Shown one piece after another: positions 40,872-50,521 of a stretch of DNA of 64,000 nt (positions are counted from its first letter, which is position 1; each line of letters starts with the position of its first letter). Source of the stretch: Candidatus Heimdallarchaeota archaeon (GTDB lineage Archaea > Asgardarchaeota > Wukongarchaeia > Wukongarchaeales > JBHIFL01); NCBI GenBank assembly GCA_046761065.1, contig JBHIFL010000010.1:1-64000 (forward strand), written 5' to 3'. Under the pieces are notes generated by a model, which saw only the letters and a list, made by a program, of their open reading frames with translations, ran no database searches and was not told the origin of the DNA. A program made the position numbers and the translations under genes.

Positions 40872-42623
40872 TCATCCTGTCTTCATGCGTTGTCTAAGCG
40901 CTTTCGTTGCATCCCAGTCTATTTCAAGCGTGTTAGGATCAAGTACAACCCCGTAATCCTCTCTTGCGCTCTGTAAAGAAACATAATCCTTGATAACGTC
41001 GAGGCGTACCATCTCTGGATCTCGCTCGATAGGATCTCCATATCCTCCTCCACCACCAGTTAGGCAGATTAGCCGCGCCCCAGGCTTCAGCCGGAAATTG
41101 GTGGCTTTGTTCAGAATGGTCTCTGGCTCACCTACCTCTTGTTGTACGACTACTTGATTTATTTTACCTGGTTGGCCTCTAAAAATGCCCCATGGGGGAC
41201 ATTTGGACCGTTCATAAGTTATTGTTATGCCTGCCTCGTGCCCAAGGATTTTATACGTCCTATTATGTCCTAACCCGCCTCGGTATTTTCCGGGACCTCC
41301 AGAATCTTTATAGAGTTCATAGCATTCGATCATTAACGGATGCCGGATTTCAACCGCTTCAATGGGTACGTTAAGTGTATCACCGTCTGCGATGGCAATG
41401 AGCACGTTTTCACCATCTTCAGTCGATTTCGCGCCCCAGCCACCTCCTTCGGGTTCAACATGAAGATATGGACGATTGCTTTTGGGGTCTACTCCGTAGA
41501 TAAAGGTGGCACACACATCTCCGTAATGGGCTGCGGGGATTTTATCCGGGATGGCTGGTGCCAGCGCTTTGAAAATCGTATCAATCAGAGTCATGAGAGG
41601 AATTCCATAAGTAGAGCATGGGGCTGGTTCGATAGCCGAAAATACCGTTCCTAACGGGAGATTCACATGAAGAGGTTTAAAACTACCTTGATTAACCGGG
41701 AGAAAGGGGGTTGTGATACATTTGAAGGCAACGCGGCACGCAGAGATCCCTGCTGCCAACCCACTGTTTAGCGATCCCTTGACCTGCTTACTTGACTCGG
41801 AGAGATCCATGGTCATATCACTACCATCAATGATGACTTTGACTTTAATTGGTACAGGTATGCCAATATCGATCCCATCATCATCCATAAATGCCTCTGC
41901 AGAGTATTCCCCATCCGGAATCTTCTCAACCTCAGCTCGGGTGAGCCGCTCGTCATGGTCAAAAATTTCCTGAATGCCATCGAAGACGGTTTGTTTCCCA
42001 TATTTTTCGATAATATTGATGAACCGCCGCTCCCCCGTGCGACAAGCCGCAATTTGTGCACGCATATCCCCGAGAGAGCTTTCTGGAAAGCGGATGTTGT
42101 GTTGAATGATTCGTAGAACGTCTTCGTTGGGCTCGCCTTCCCTGTATAGCTTCACGGATCGTAATCGTAAGCCCTCTTGGTAAATTTCAGTCGAATCGGT
42201 AAACCAACCGCCTGGTCCTTTCCCCCCAATGTCAATCCAATGGGCACGGGTCGCAGCAAATCCAACTAAGTCCTGGTTAAAGAAGATCGGCGAGTAGATA
42301 GTCATATCACAGAGGTGTGTTCCGGTAGTGTACGGGTCGTTGGATACGATGATGTCGCCAGGTTTAAACTCATCTCGACCGATCACTTCAAGGCCATCTT
42401 CGATTGCTGCACTTAAATTACCCAAGAAAATCGGGAGGCCAGCCGCTTGTGCGATAATATTTGCTTTCGCATCAAAAATACCTATGCTGAAGTCAAGGAC
42501 TTCGTAGATGATCGTACTATAAGCCGTTCTTGCCAAGTTAATTTTCATTTCATCTGACGCAGCAACGAGCGCATTTCTAACAACCTCTACCGTTACAGGA
42601 TCGACTCGCCGCACTTCATTCAT
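40872..42623 (-). CDS. hyuB: Hydantoinase B subunit (copy 3, more divergent)
   Basis: TAYS.IIYEVLD, NDPY..GTHLCD, RAHW.D.GG, EIYQEG, GGGGGYGDP. Confidence 0.9.
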   Translation of the reverse strand: MNEVRRVDPVTVEVVRNALVAASDEMKINLARTAYSTIIYEVLDFSIGIFDAKANIIAQAAGLPIFLGNLSAAIEDGLEVIGRDEFKPGDIIVSNDPYTTGTHLCDMTIYSPIFFNQDLVGFAATRAHWIDIGGKGPGGWFTDSTEIYQEGLRLRSVKLYREGEPNEDVLRIIQHNIRFPESSLGDMRAQIAACRTGERRFINIIEKYGKQTVFDGIQEIFDHDERLTRAEVEKIPDGEYSAEAFMDDDGIDIGIPVPIKVKVIIDGSDMTMDLSESSKQVKGSLNSGLAAGISACRVAFKCITTPFLPVNQGSFKPLHVNLPLGTVFSAIEPAPCSTYGIPLMTLIDTIFKALAPAIPDKIPAAHYGDVCATFIYGVDPKSNRPYLHVEPEGGGWGAKSTEDGENVLIAIADGDTLNVPIEAVEIRHPLMIECYELYKDSGGPGKYRGGLGHNRTYKILGHEAGITITYERSKCPPWGIFRGQPGKINQVVVQQEVGEPETILNKATNFRLKPGARLICLTGGGGGYGDPIERDPEMVRLDVIKDYVSLQSAREDYGVVLDPNTLEIDWDATKALRQRMKTG

Positions 42624-44676
42624 CTCCAACTTTAATCACGATGTGTCCATATTCGTTGACTCGCGCAATATCCCCTGGATGGAGTACTGTTGTTGATGCA
42701 TATTCCTCAATTACGGCGGGGCCACGGATGATGTTACCTGCTAATAACGCATTGCGCAGATACGCAGTGCACTTGATGAAATCCCTTTCCTCCTCGAAGT
42801 AGACAAGCCGCTCCCCTCGGTACGCCATCCTGGTCGGATTTTCTTCACCAGATTTAATTTGCATTAACTTTGGCTTTGAAACGACTCCAATCGCTGCAAG
42901 GCGAAGGTCAACAATCTCTGTCGGTTCCTCTGGTGCGCAATGACCGTACCGCTTTTCATGTAATACATCAAATTGATTTCGAACTGTGGATTTGTCTTGT
43001 GTTCGAAACGCCCCGCTCGGTATGGGGACATTTACGGTGTGTTCTTGACCAACATATCGCATATCAATTGATCTGAGCAGTGACATGCGATCTGCTGGAA
43101 TTCCCTCTCGTTTAAGTACCTCAGTGCCTTCTTTCTCCAATTTAAGATAGAGATCACTGATTTCATTACTGTCCGCCGCATCTAATGGTCGGATATATGT
43201 TTGGACAAAATCATGGCGCATGTCCGTTAGCAACATGCCATTAGCGGAAAAGTGTGCGGGAACTTGAGGGATAATTACATTCGGAATAGTTAACTCCCTC
43301 GCTAGGGCTAGGCAGTGCATTGGCCCTGCTCCGCCAAACGCAATCATAGAAAAGTCCCGTGGATCGTAGCCCCTTTCAATTGTAATCGCCCGAATGGCAT
43401 GTGACATAGTGACATCGGCTACCTTGATGATACCATACGAGGCATCTACAAGTTCCATGTTAAAGAAATCAGCAATTCTCGTTTTGATAGCATCTCTTGC
43501 TTTATCTACATTCAGACGAATTTCACCGCCAAGAAAATACTGGGGATTAATTCTTCCAGTAGTTACATTCGCATCGGTGACCGTTGGGTCCCCACCACCC
43601 TTATCGTAGCAAACTGGCCCCGGTTCCGCTCCGGCGCTCTGCGGCCCTACTCTTAAAGCACCTACGGGATCTATCCAGGCAATACTCCCTCCTCCTGCTC
43701 CGACTTCAATTAAATCGATTACTGGAACGCTTATGGGATGCCCTCGGCGGCCACCGATCCGATATTCTGTCGTAACTTTGGGCAGCCCCCTCTCAATCAG
43801 GGATGTCTTCGCGGTGGTTCCACCCATATCAAACGAGATCACATCTTCAAACCCTAACAATTTGCCTAGATGGGCAGCGCCAATAGCTCCTGCCGCGGGA
43901 CCAGACTCAATCACTTGAACGGGTTTGACTCCCGCGGTTGTGGCCGCCATGACGCCGCCATTTGATTGCATGATTAGTAATTCGCCAGCAAATCCTGCAT
44001 GTTCGATACCTTGTGAAAGATCTTGAAGATACTTTTTTACAATAGGGATAACATAGGCATTGACAGCTGTTGTGCTGGTTCGCTCGTATTCCCGGTATTC
44101 TCGCAATATTTCATGCGAAAGTGAAACATATGCTTCAGGATACACGTCAGTAATGATTTGGCGCATTTTTGCTTCATGAGAAGGATTTACATAGGAATGG
44201 ATGAAGCAAACAGCGATTGATTGTACATCTACCTCCTTCAGCTTGCTTACAACTTTTCTGGCCTTATCTTCATTTAATGGGGTTACAACCTTCCCATCAT
44301 ACTGAACGCGTTCCGTAACTTCAAGTCTCAACTCTCTCGGAATTAGCGGGCGGGGTTTCTTGTAAAACAGGTCATACATGTCTATACGGTTGTGTCGGCC
44401 TATCTCATACACATCTCGAAAGCCCTTCGTAGTGATTAGGCCGGTTTTCGCGCCTTTCTCTTCTAAAATCGCATTAATAACGACAGTTGAACCATGGATG
44501 AAGAATGTGGAGGCATTTAAATTTATATTCCCTTTCTCAATACACTCATTGACTCCCACAGTCAAATCTTTAGGTGTTGTTGACGTCTTACTTAGGAGAA
44601 CCTCGCCGGTTGTCTCATCTGAGGCTATGAGGTCTGTGAAAGTCCCTCCAATATCCACTGCAACTCGTAAAGACAT
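42616..44676 (-). CDS. hyuA: Hydantoinase A subunit (copy 2)
   Basis: DIGGTFTD, ESGPAAG, DMGGTT, GAGGGSIA, AFGGAGP. Confidence 0.92.
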   Translation of the reverse strand: MSLRVAVDIGGTFTDLIASDETTGEVLLSKTSTTPKDLTVGVNECIEKGNINLNASTFFIHGSTVVINAILEEKGAKTGLITTKGFRDVYEIGRHNRIDMYDLFYKKPRPLIPRELRLEVTERVQYDGKVVTPLNEDKARKVVSKLKEVDVQSIAVCFIHSYVNPSHEAKMRQIITDVYPEAYVSLSHEILREYREYERTSTTAVNAYVIPIVKKYLQDLSQGIEHAGFAGELLIMQSNGGVMAATTAGVKPVQVIESGPAAGAIGAAHLGKLLGFEDVISFDMGGTTAKTSLIERGLPKVTTEYRIGGRRGHPISVPVIDLIEVGAGGGSIAWIDPVGALRVGPQSAGAEPGPVCYDKGGGDPTVTDANVTTGRINPQYFLGGEIRLNVDKARDAIKTRIADFFNMELVDASYGIIKVADVTMSHAIRAITIERGYDPRDFSMIAFGGAGPMHCLALARELTIPNVIIPQVPAHFSANGMLLTDMRHDFVQTYIRPLDAADSNEISDLYLKLEKEGTEVLKREGIPADRMSLLRSIDMRYVGQEHTVNVPIPSGAFRTQDKSTVRNQFDVLHEKRYGHCAPEEPTEIVDLRLAAIGVVSKPKLMQIKSGEENPTRMAYRGERLVYFEEERDFIKCTAYLRNALLAGNIIRGPAVIEEYASTTVLHPGDIARVNEYGHIVIKVGDE

Positions 44677-44701
44677 GACTCACACCTTGTTTATCTATCC
44701 T

Positions 44702-44751
44702 TATAGAGGTCTTCTCAACAAAATTCCCTATTTAAAATTACCGTCTTCAAA
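44702..44751 (-). promoter_or_regulatory. Conserved BRE-TATA promoter block (copy B) upstream of hyuA copy 2
   Basis: Minus strand reads aagacGGTAATtTTAAATAg...gttgagaaga; TATA about 55 nt upstream of the ATG. Confidence 0.65.
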
Positions 44752-44874
44752 ATTAGACGAGAATTCCCCCCAGTAACCCTTATCGACTTCCTCATAGTCC
44801 GTTGCCGGAGAAAGAAACGTAAAAAAGAGCAAATTCGACTTGATGTAGGAGAGGTTAGAAGCGTAATAATAAAC

Positions 44875-45321
44875 TTAGAGTATCAGAGAGCCCTCACCCT
44901 CTTGTTTCTTAGCTAAGCAATTCATTAGATAGTTTTCAGGAGTTAATACTTCATAGTAGTTAACCATGTAAAATGTTGTTTGTTATTTGTAATCAGGACG
45001 GAACCTTTTTTCTTGGACGAGGGTGCCAATCAAAAAATCCCGAGCATGATGTTTAAACACGAATTTAAGATTCGATCGGATATTACTCATTAATGAATCA
45101 ATATAATCAATCGAGAATTCAATGATTTCGGTCTTCATTTTGTTTAGATCGTCTTCCAAATCTTCGCGAGTCAAGTTTCTCATCTCATACCAAACTAAAA
45201 CTTCAATATATGCGAATTTTGGAAAAAAATGCGTTGTATGGAGTGCTTCAGGACTTAATAACCAATCAATAAATCGCTGATTTCGAAACACATTACTATC
45301 CAGGGTAATGACTTCACTCGT
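44875..45321 (-). pseudogene. PIN-domain (VapC-like) toxin pseudogene
   Basis: ACG-SEVITLDSNVF...ARDFLIG, then a frameshift in an A6 run (about 45008) to GSVLITNNKQHF and a second frameshift (about 44958) to EVLTPENYL. Confidence 0.72.
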
Positions 45322-45610
45322 CTATTGATCGCCCCCAGATTGCTGGAGCAATCGCTTCGATAGGGACACTGGGGGCAGTTAATTTTTCAAATCGGCGTTT
45401 TCGCGCCGGATCCTTGGTATGAGCATCAGTAGAAATCTTAGTGAGATACACAATTAATTCTGGATTGGTAATGTCTTCTTTCGGCAAATGTAATTGTTCA
45501 AATTCAGTAATAGCTCGTTCAATTATTTCTGCTTGAGACGTATCAAAGAAGGCGGCCAGTTGTTTAATTTTCCGTCTTAATTCGTCAGGGATAGTCACAG
45601 AGGAAGGCAT
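45314..45610 (-). CDS. Ribbon-helix-helix (CopG/VapB-like) antitoxin
   Basis: MPSSVTIPDELRRKIKQLAAFFDTSQAEIIERAI; its stop overlaps the PIN start. Confidence 0.75.
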   Translation of the reverse strand: MPSSVTIPDELRRKIKQLAAFFDTSQAEIIERAITEFEQLHLPKEDITNPELIVYLTKISTDAHTKDPARKRRFEKLTAPSVPIEAIAPAIWGRSIDE

Positions 45611-46147
45611 ATTGATAGATTTAATGAGTCCATTAATTACTGTTTTCATTTTTTTAATAATGGTAACCGAATAATTGAGGGATGGATGAGTGATTCCTGA
45701 ATGCAACAAATACAAGAGATACTGGTTGATATCTGTCTCACATTTTTCCTCCTCGACACGCCAAGGAGGTATGCCTGTTAATCACACTACATCAACAGGA
45801 CCGTAGCAAAAGGAGATCATATCCTAACACAATATACAACTTTGAGCTTTGATAGATCCAAGAATATCTGGAAAAAAGACAGGAACTACAAGAAGATTAG
45901 GAAACTCTTCCTTTCTTTCTTTTTTATTTTTAATAGAATGTAAGAAGAAGAGATTACTATGAGACTCCCAGTGATCATATTACAGAGGAAAGGGTATTTA
46001 TTTTGTATTCTTCGATCTCTTCACTTATTGTTGTTAATGCCTAGGAATTACTTTAGTGAGTTTGGGCGCTTGCTGACCATAAAAAATAGCGACATATAAA
46101 TACTCTTTACGTCTTTATCTCTAGAAAGATCAGAAGAGCTGGATATC

Positions 46148-47179
46148 ATGGAGGAAGATTTGAAACTCGTTAAGAAATTTTTCTTGCCCTTGCAATTCTC
46201 CAAGGGGGAACACTTTTATCCGTGTGATCTCTTCTTCGCAGGGGATGATATCTCTAAAAACTGGTTTCGTTATCGCCGGATGAAGCAAAGGCCACCACTT
46301 ACCTATTATTATCATGTTAACAACTATGACGATTGTACGGTGATCCAATACTGGTTCTACTTCGCGTATAACATTTATCCCTTTGCAACCGGCCCGGGAA
46401 AGATCGCTATCAGTAATTTAATCGGCGAATCCGAGGAGGAAACTCGGAAAAATTTGATCAACCAGGCCAAAGATCCAAGCCTTGCCAATAGATTAATTCG
46501 TCAAACAGATGAAGTTGCAGAAATCCCGATTCGAGACATCTTCCTGAATCTCAAACGGTTGCTGACAGTGATGGACAATCACGACCATGACTTTGAGAAA
46601 ATTTTGGTTTTCCTCGACCCAGAAGGTAAAAAACCAACAGATGCCTTGCTGAATCATCACTTAGAACGGTTTCATTACGGGCCGAAAGAAATAAGCGAGT
46701 TAGGGTACCCCTTTTTGGTTTACGTAGAGCGTAATTCGCATGGATTTTGCCATACCCCCTGTCCGCCGTTTGTGTATTGCGGCGATGGGTTACGAGCTTA
46801 CGGAAAGCATTTTCGTCCGGTAGCTATGGAAGAACTCAAAAGGAAAGTGGAAGAAGTTGAAAGCCGTGGGACCCCTATCTTAAATGAGAACGACAATTCA
46901 CTTCTATGTCATGATAAGACATCTCTCAAAATTATTGTGCCTTGGGCTCGCGAAGAGTTCTTAGACCCTAGACAAGACAAGAGATACGTCGCAGTGGTAG
47001 ATATCCTCGAGCGACTGGGCTTCGATTACGATAATCCTTTTGTTTCCTTATTCAATCGGGCTTTCATTGGGTTGGCTTCTCAACTGATGCCCCTCTGCGA
47101 TGATGTTCCGGGCTTCGTTTCATTCTTCGATCGATTTTTTACAATGTTAAAGGATGCGTTCCTCTTTTGGAAACGATGA
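46148..47179 (+). CDS. Vps62/DUF946-like protein
   Basis: P.L.FS.GE.FYP, YYHV...IQYWFYFAYN and H.HDFE resemble the QYWFFYPYN / H.GDWE signature of Vps62-related proteins. Confidence 0.55.
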   Translation: MEEDLKLVKKFFLPLQFSKGEHFYPCDLFFAGDDISKNWFRYRRMKQRPPLTYYYHVNNYDDCTVIQYWFYFAYNIYPFATGPGKIAISNLIGESEEETRKNLINQAKDPSLANRLIRQTDEVAEIPIRDIFLNLKRLLTVMDNHDHDFEKILVFLDPEGKKPTDALLNHHLERFHYGPKEISELGYPFLVYVERNSHGFCHTPCPPFVYCGDGLRAYGKHFRPVAMEELKRKVEEVESRGTPILNENDNSLLCHDKTSLKIIVPWAREEFLDPRQDKRYVAVVDILERLGFDYDNPFVSLFNRAFIGLASQLMPLCDDVPGFVSFFDRFFTMLKDAFLFWKR

Positions 47180-47271
47180 CTGAGCTAGTTAAAGAGTTCA
47201 CACATCCCTGATAACATTAGAGATGAAGGTGGAATACACAAGTTAGGATACTAGAAAGGTGGGTTCCACAG

Positions 47272-48003
47272 ATGGAGAAAACATCAAATCTCATGAATAT
47301 TATCCTTATCGGTTTGGTTTCTGCAGTCACAGGGATTTTATTATGGTATCAGGATTACGCGGAGACAATGACCGCCTTAGCTTGGATTTCAGTTGTCTGC
47401 ATGACAATTTGGGGTGTTATCTACGGTTACAAGCGGGTTTCTTTCATAAATCTCATTACCCTGGCCGTAATTGCAATGCTCGTGGGCTATCTCACAGAAC
47501 TTATTGGTACTCAGGAAGGGTTATGGAGCTTCGGGACACATAATCCCCCGCTCTATATTATCCCGAGTTGGATTCTCTTAGCCCTCACAATGCTTATAAT
47601 GACAGAACTTTGGTACAAGGCAAAGTTTGGACTCATAATACTACCAAGTAAATACGATCAATACCTTGGAATACTCACTCCTGTCTTGCTTCTTGTTTTT
47701 CTGATTGGAACGCTTGGTGAGTACCGTACACACACTGGACCACTGTTCTTCGCCTATTATATCATATTAACATCACTTAATGCGGTGTATTATTTCAGTA
47801 CTCCGGATACTAAGAAACTACTCCTTGCTGTTGTCGCCGCATGGCTTGTGAGCGCCGCAACTGAATTTATTGGGGTGTCATCTCAATTATGGAGCTTTAC
47901 CTATCAATTCCCGGTCTGGATCATCATCTCTTGTTGGAGTCTTGAGTGGTTGGCCATTCTAGCAGCGATAAATGCACTTCAAAAGATACTACCAAAAAAA
48001 TGA
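47272..48003 (+). CDS. Membrane protein with tandem duplicated DUF2878/CruF-like module
   Basis: Internal repeat TE.IG....LWSF...P.(Y/W)II..W occurs twice; about eight TM helices. Confidence 0.5.
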   Translation: MEKTSNLMNIILIGLVSAVTGILLWYQDYAETMTALAWISVVCMTIWGVIYGYKRVSFINLITLAVIAMLVGYLTELIGTQEGLWSFGTHNPPLYIIPSWILLALTMLIMTELWYKAKFGLIILPSKYDQYLGILTPVLLLVFLIGTLGEYRTHTGPLFFAYYIILTSLNAVYYFSTPDTKKLLLAVVAAWLVSAATEFIGVSSQLWSFTYQFPVWIIISCWSLEWLAILAAINALQKILPKK

Positions 48004-48277
48004 AGTGAAGAACAGTAAAAATAGCATTGGATTGTTTAGCTACCTTGAATATATTAGCTAACTACTAATCTTTTTATATACATATAGTGTAATGCAGGCT
48101 TTCTAGAAACGCATTTCAGTTTACAACAAATTCGTTGGATTTTCAGGGCGAAGAAACCAAGGGTTGAATCAGAAATGATAGATGTCGCTTGCTTCCGAAG
48201 TGAAAATAAACCGATATCTATTTTATCGAGAACCCCATTTTGCTCTCATTGAATGTAAAGCGCTTTGATGAAACTTG

Positions 48278-48925
48278 ATGGATCTGACGGGTATGATCCA
48301 TTCTGTCTTTTTATACATTAAAGAATCGGGACTTCCCGTTCTTAGCCATTATTTTAGCTCTGAAGAGATCGAATTAGATTCATCCCTCACCTCAGGATTC
48401 CTAGAAGCCATGCGAAATTTCATAGCAAATCTCATCAGTGTTGAAAGTGAAGTCGAAACCATTTCCTTGAAGGATTATCAGATCATCTATCAACTGCGGG
48501 AAGGGTTGGCCTTAGTAGCCTTGGTTGATGGATATACCGAGGAGGAAATGGTCAGAAAAGGATTAAACAACGTCTTAAGGGAAATTATTGAAAAATTCCC
48601 CGATATGGGCGCCAAACATCAACTGGGCTTTGTTCAATCCCCGGAAAAAGAAAAATATGCTCTGAATATAATATCAAACATCTTACAAGAGGGTCATCTC
48701 GGGCATATTTCTCATGTGCCACAACTCGTTCGAAAAATCCCTAGATCTGCAATCTCCCTGGGGATGATTTCCCCTACAGAATATACTATTGCTGAACTTT
48801 GTAATGGCAAACGTACGCTTAAAGAGATTGCCAATCTTGCAGATAAATCCGAGATTTCTTGCAAGATCACAATCGAAAAATTGATTGCTGACCGGATTTG
48901 TCAGATGGTGGAAGTGAAAAGATGA
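48278..48925 (+). CDS. Soluble longin/roadblock-like domain plus C-terminal winged helix
   Basis: IHSVFLYIKESGLPV...DSSLTSGFLEAMRNF; C-terminal LCNGKRTLKEIA. Confidence 0.65.
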   Translation: MDLTGMIHSVFLYIKESGLPVLSHYFSSEEIELDSSLTSGFLEAMRNFIANLISVESEVETISLKDYQIIYQLREGLALVALVDGYTEEEMVRKGLNNVLREIIEKFPDMGAKHQLGFVQSPEKEKYALNIISNILQEGHLGHISHVPQLVRKIPRSAISLGMISPTEYTIAELCNGKRTLKEIANLADKSEISCKITIEKLIADRICQMVEVKR

Positions 48926-49548
48926 CTATTATAGAACCAATCTACGTTTTCGATCTTATGGTTTGGGGCGCCGCCATTGGAGGGTTAGCGTTCTTCTCGT
49001 ACTCCGCGAGTCTCGATTATCGCCGAAAGGAACTTGAATTCAAACTGTATCTGGCTCTTGCCACCTTAGCGTTCTTTATTGCCAATATTTCACACATCCT
49101 GAATACGTACATTTCTCCGCCAGATTGGGTTGACTTTGGCTGGCGGTTTGCGTCTGTATTTGATGGAATCACTTTACTTACCTGGAGCGTTTCAGTGTCC
49201 ATCTTCATGGAATTCGAGAAACCTAAGAGTTTTCTTTTACCAGGGCTCTCAGTGATCATGATCCTAGTTGTTATTAGCTTACCAAATATAGACCATGCAA
49301 AACTTATCGGCTACATCATTGCCGCGATTATTCTAATTGCAATCACTTGGATCTACGTCAACATGGCCCGGATATCTGCTGGCGCGATTCGGACCAAAGC
49401 GATGTTTTTTGCCATTGGATTTCTTTGTTTACTATTGGGAAGACTGCTTCGCTCATCTTTGGTGGTTGGTTTGGCCACCGCGTCACCAATTACGATTCTT
49501 GGGGGTTTTGTGATTCTATTTGGCTTGGTTTTATTAGCCCACACCTAG
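48922..49548 (+). CDS. Seven-TM membrane protein, translationally coupled to the longin gene
   Basis: Seven hydrophobic segments, GAIRTKA loop; ATGA overlap at 48922-48925. Confidence 0.65.
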   Translation: MTIIEPIYVFDLMVWGAAIGGLAFFSYSASLDYRRKELEFKLYLALATLAFFIANISHILNTYISPPDWVDFGWRFASVFDGITLLTWSVSVSIFMEFEKPKSFLLPGLSVIMILVVISLPNIDHAKLIGYIIAAIILIAITWIYVNMARISAGAIRTKAMFFAIGFLCLLLGRLLRSSLVVGLATASPITILGGFVILFGLVLLAHT

Positions 49549-49832
49549 GTCGGAACTCGACAGTGGTATTAAAACACGATACGATCAAGCTTTACATAAG
49601 CTCGACAGATGACAGACTATGATTGAAATTGACTTAAACCATACCAAGTCTCTTCCGTTTAATCTTAAAATCCTCGAATACAACCTTTTAAAAAAGGGTT
49701 CATGATATAGGGAACAATTCTCATGTCAAGATTCGTCTATTCCCTCCACTAATTGCTATGTTTGGCTATAGGTGTCTTTCATTCAAAGGATTAATATCCG
49801 AAAATATCATATTCCGTTTAATTTTCTCATTT

Positions 49833-50231
49833 TTACCCTTTTCTCTTTGTCGTGTTCTGTCCTGAGGTCTTCTCTTGGCATTCCTTCGATCCACAAACCC
49901 CGCTTTCATCGAGATGGTTACGACAGAAGGGTCTACCACAGGCATTACAGGTTTGAAGGACGTCTCGATTCGTGCAGATACTCCCGTCCTCTATAATTTG
50001 TTGGCAGTAGAGATCTTCAAGAGGAGTGACTTCAACGTCTCGTATATATCCCGAATCCAGAATTCTTTCTTCCACATATAACGCAGGAACTGACAGTTTC
50101 TTAGCAACGCATGTTTTACACCCTTCAAGAGTCCGTTCGTCGGGTTCCAGCTCACATATACAATTCACCGTATCCCAGAAGCCATTCTTCAACTTGTAAC
50201 TGATTTCAACCTTGAATCGCGTCCGGTCCAC
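49833..50231 (-). CDS. Cys-rich protein with AN1-like zinc finger
   Basis: CNACGRPFCRNH plus additional CxxC motifs. Confidence 0.55.
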   Translation of the reverse strand: MDRTRFKVEISYKLKNGFWDTVNCICELEPDERTLEGCKTCVAKKLSVPALYVEERILDSGYIRDVEVTPLEDLYCQQIIEDGSICTNRDVLQTCNACGRPFCRNHLDESGVCGSKECQEKTSGQNTTKRKG

Positions 50232-50521
50232 CTACCAACGAGCAAATTACTTTAACAGAAGTGACGTCTGAACCGGTTAGATTATTAGCACTGCTAAATA
50301 TCTTAATTAATTAGCGCTATTTAGAGTTACCTGAATAGAGGGAACTTACAATACTCAATAATCATACTAAAGATTCGCATCATGACCACATTTAGCGCCC
50401 TCTTAATCGAACACTTCAATTTTCGATCTAGCAAAGCCTACTTTAGGCATCTAGTGGTTTGATGAGACCGAGACATATATTTGCCTGAGCTGAGAAGAAT
50501 CAGCGAGGCTGGGGAATCATC

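Noticed and set aside
35500-46100. Possible integrated mobile element around the TA modules
   Set aside because: No integrase, transposase, tRNA or terminal repeats were found.
48922-49548. 7TM protein as a rhodopsin
   Set aside because: No retinal-binding Lys in helix 7 and no recognisable helix-3 motif.
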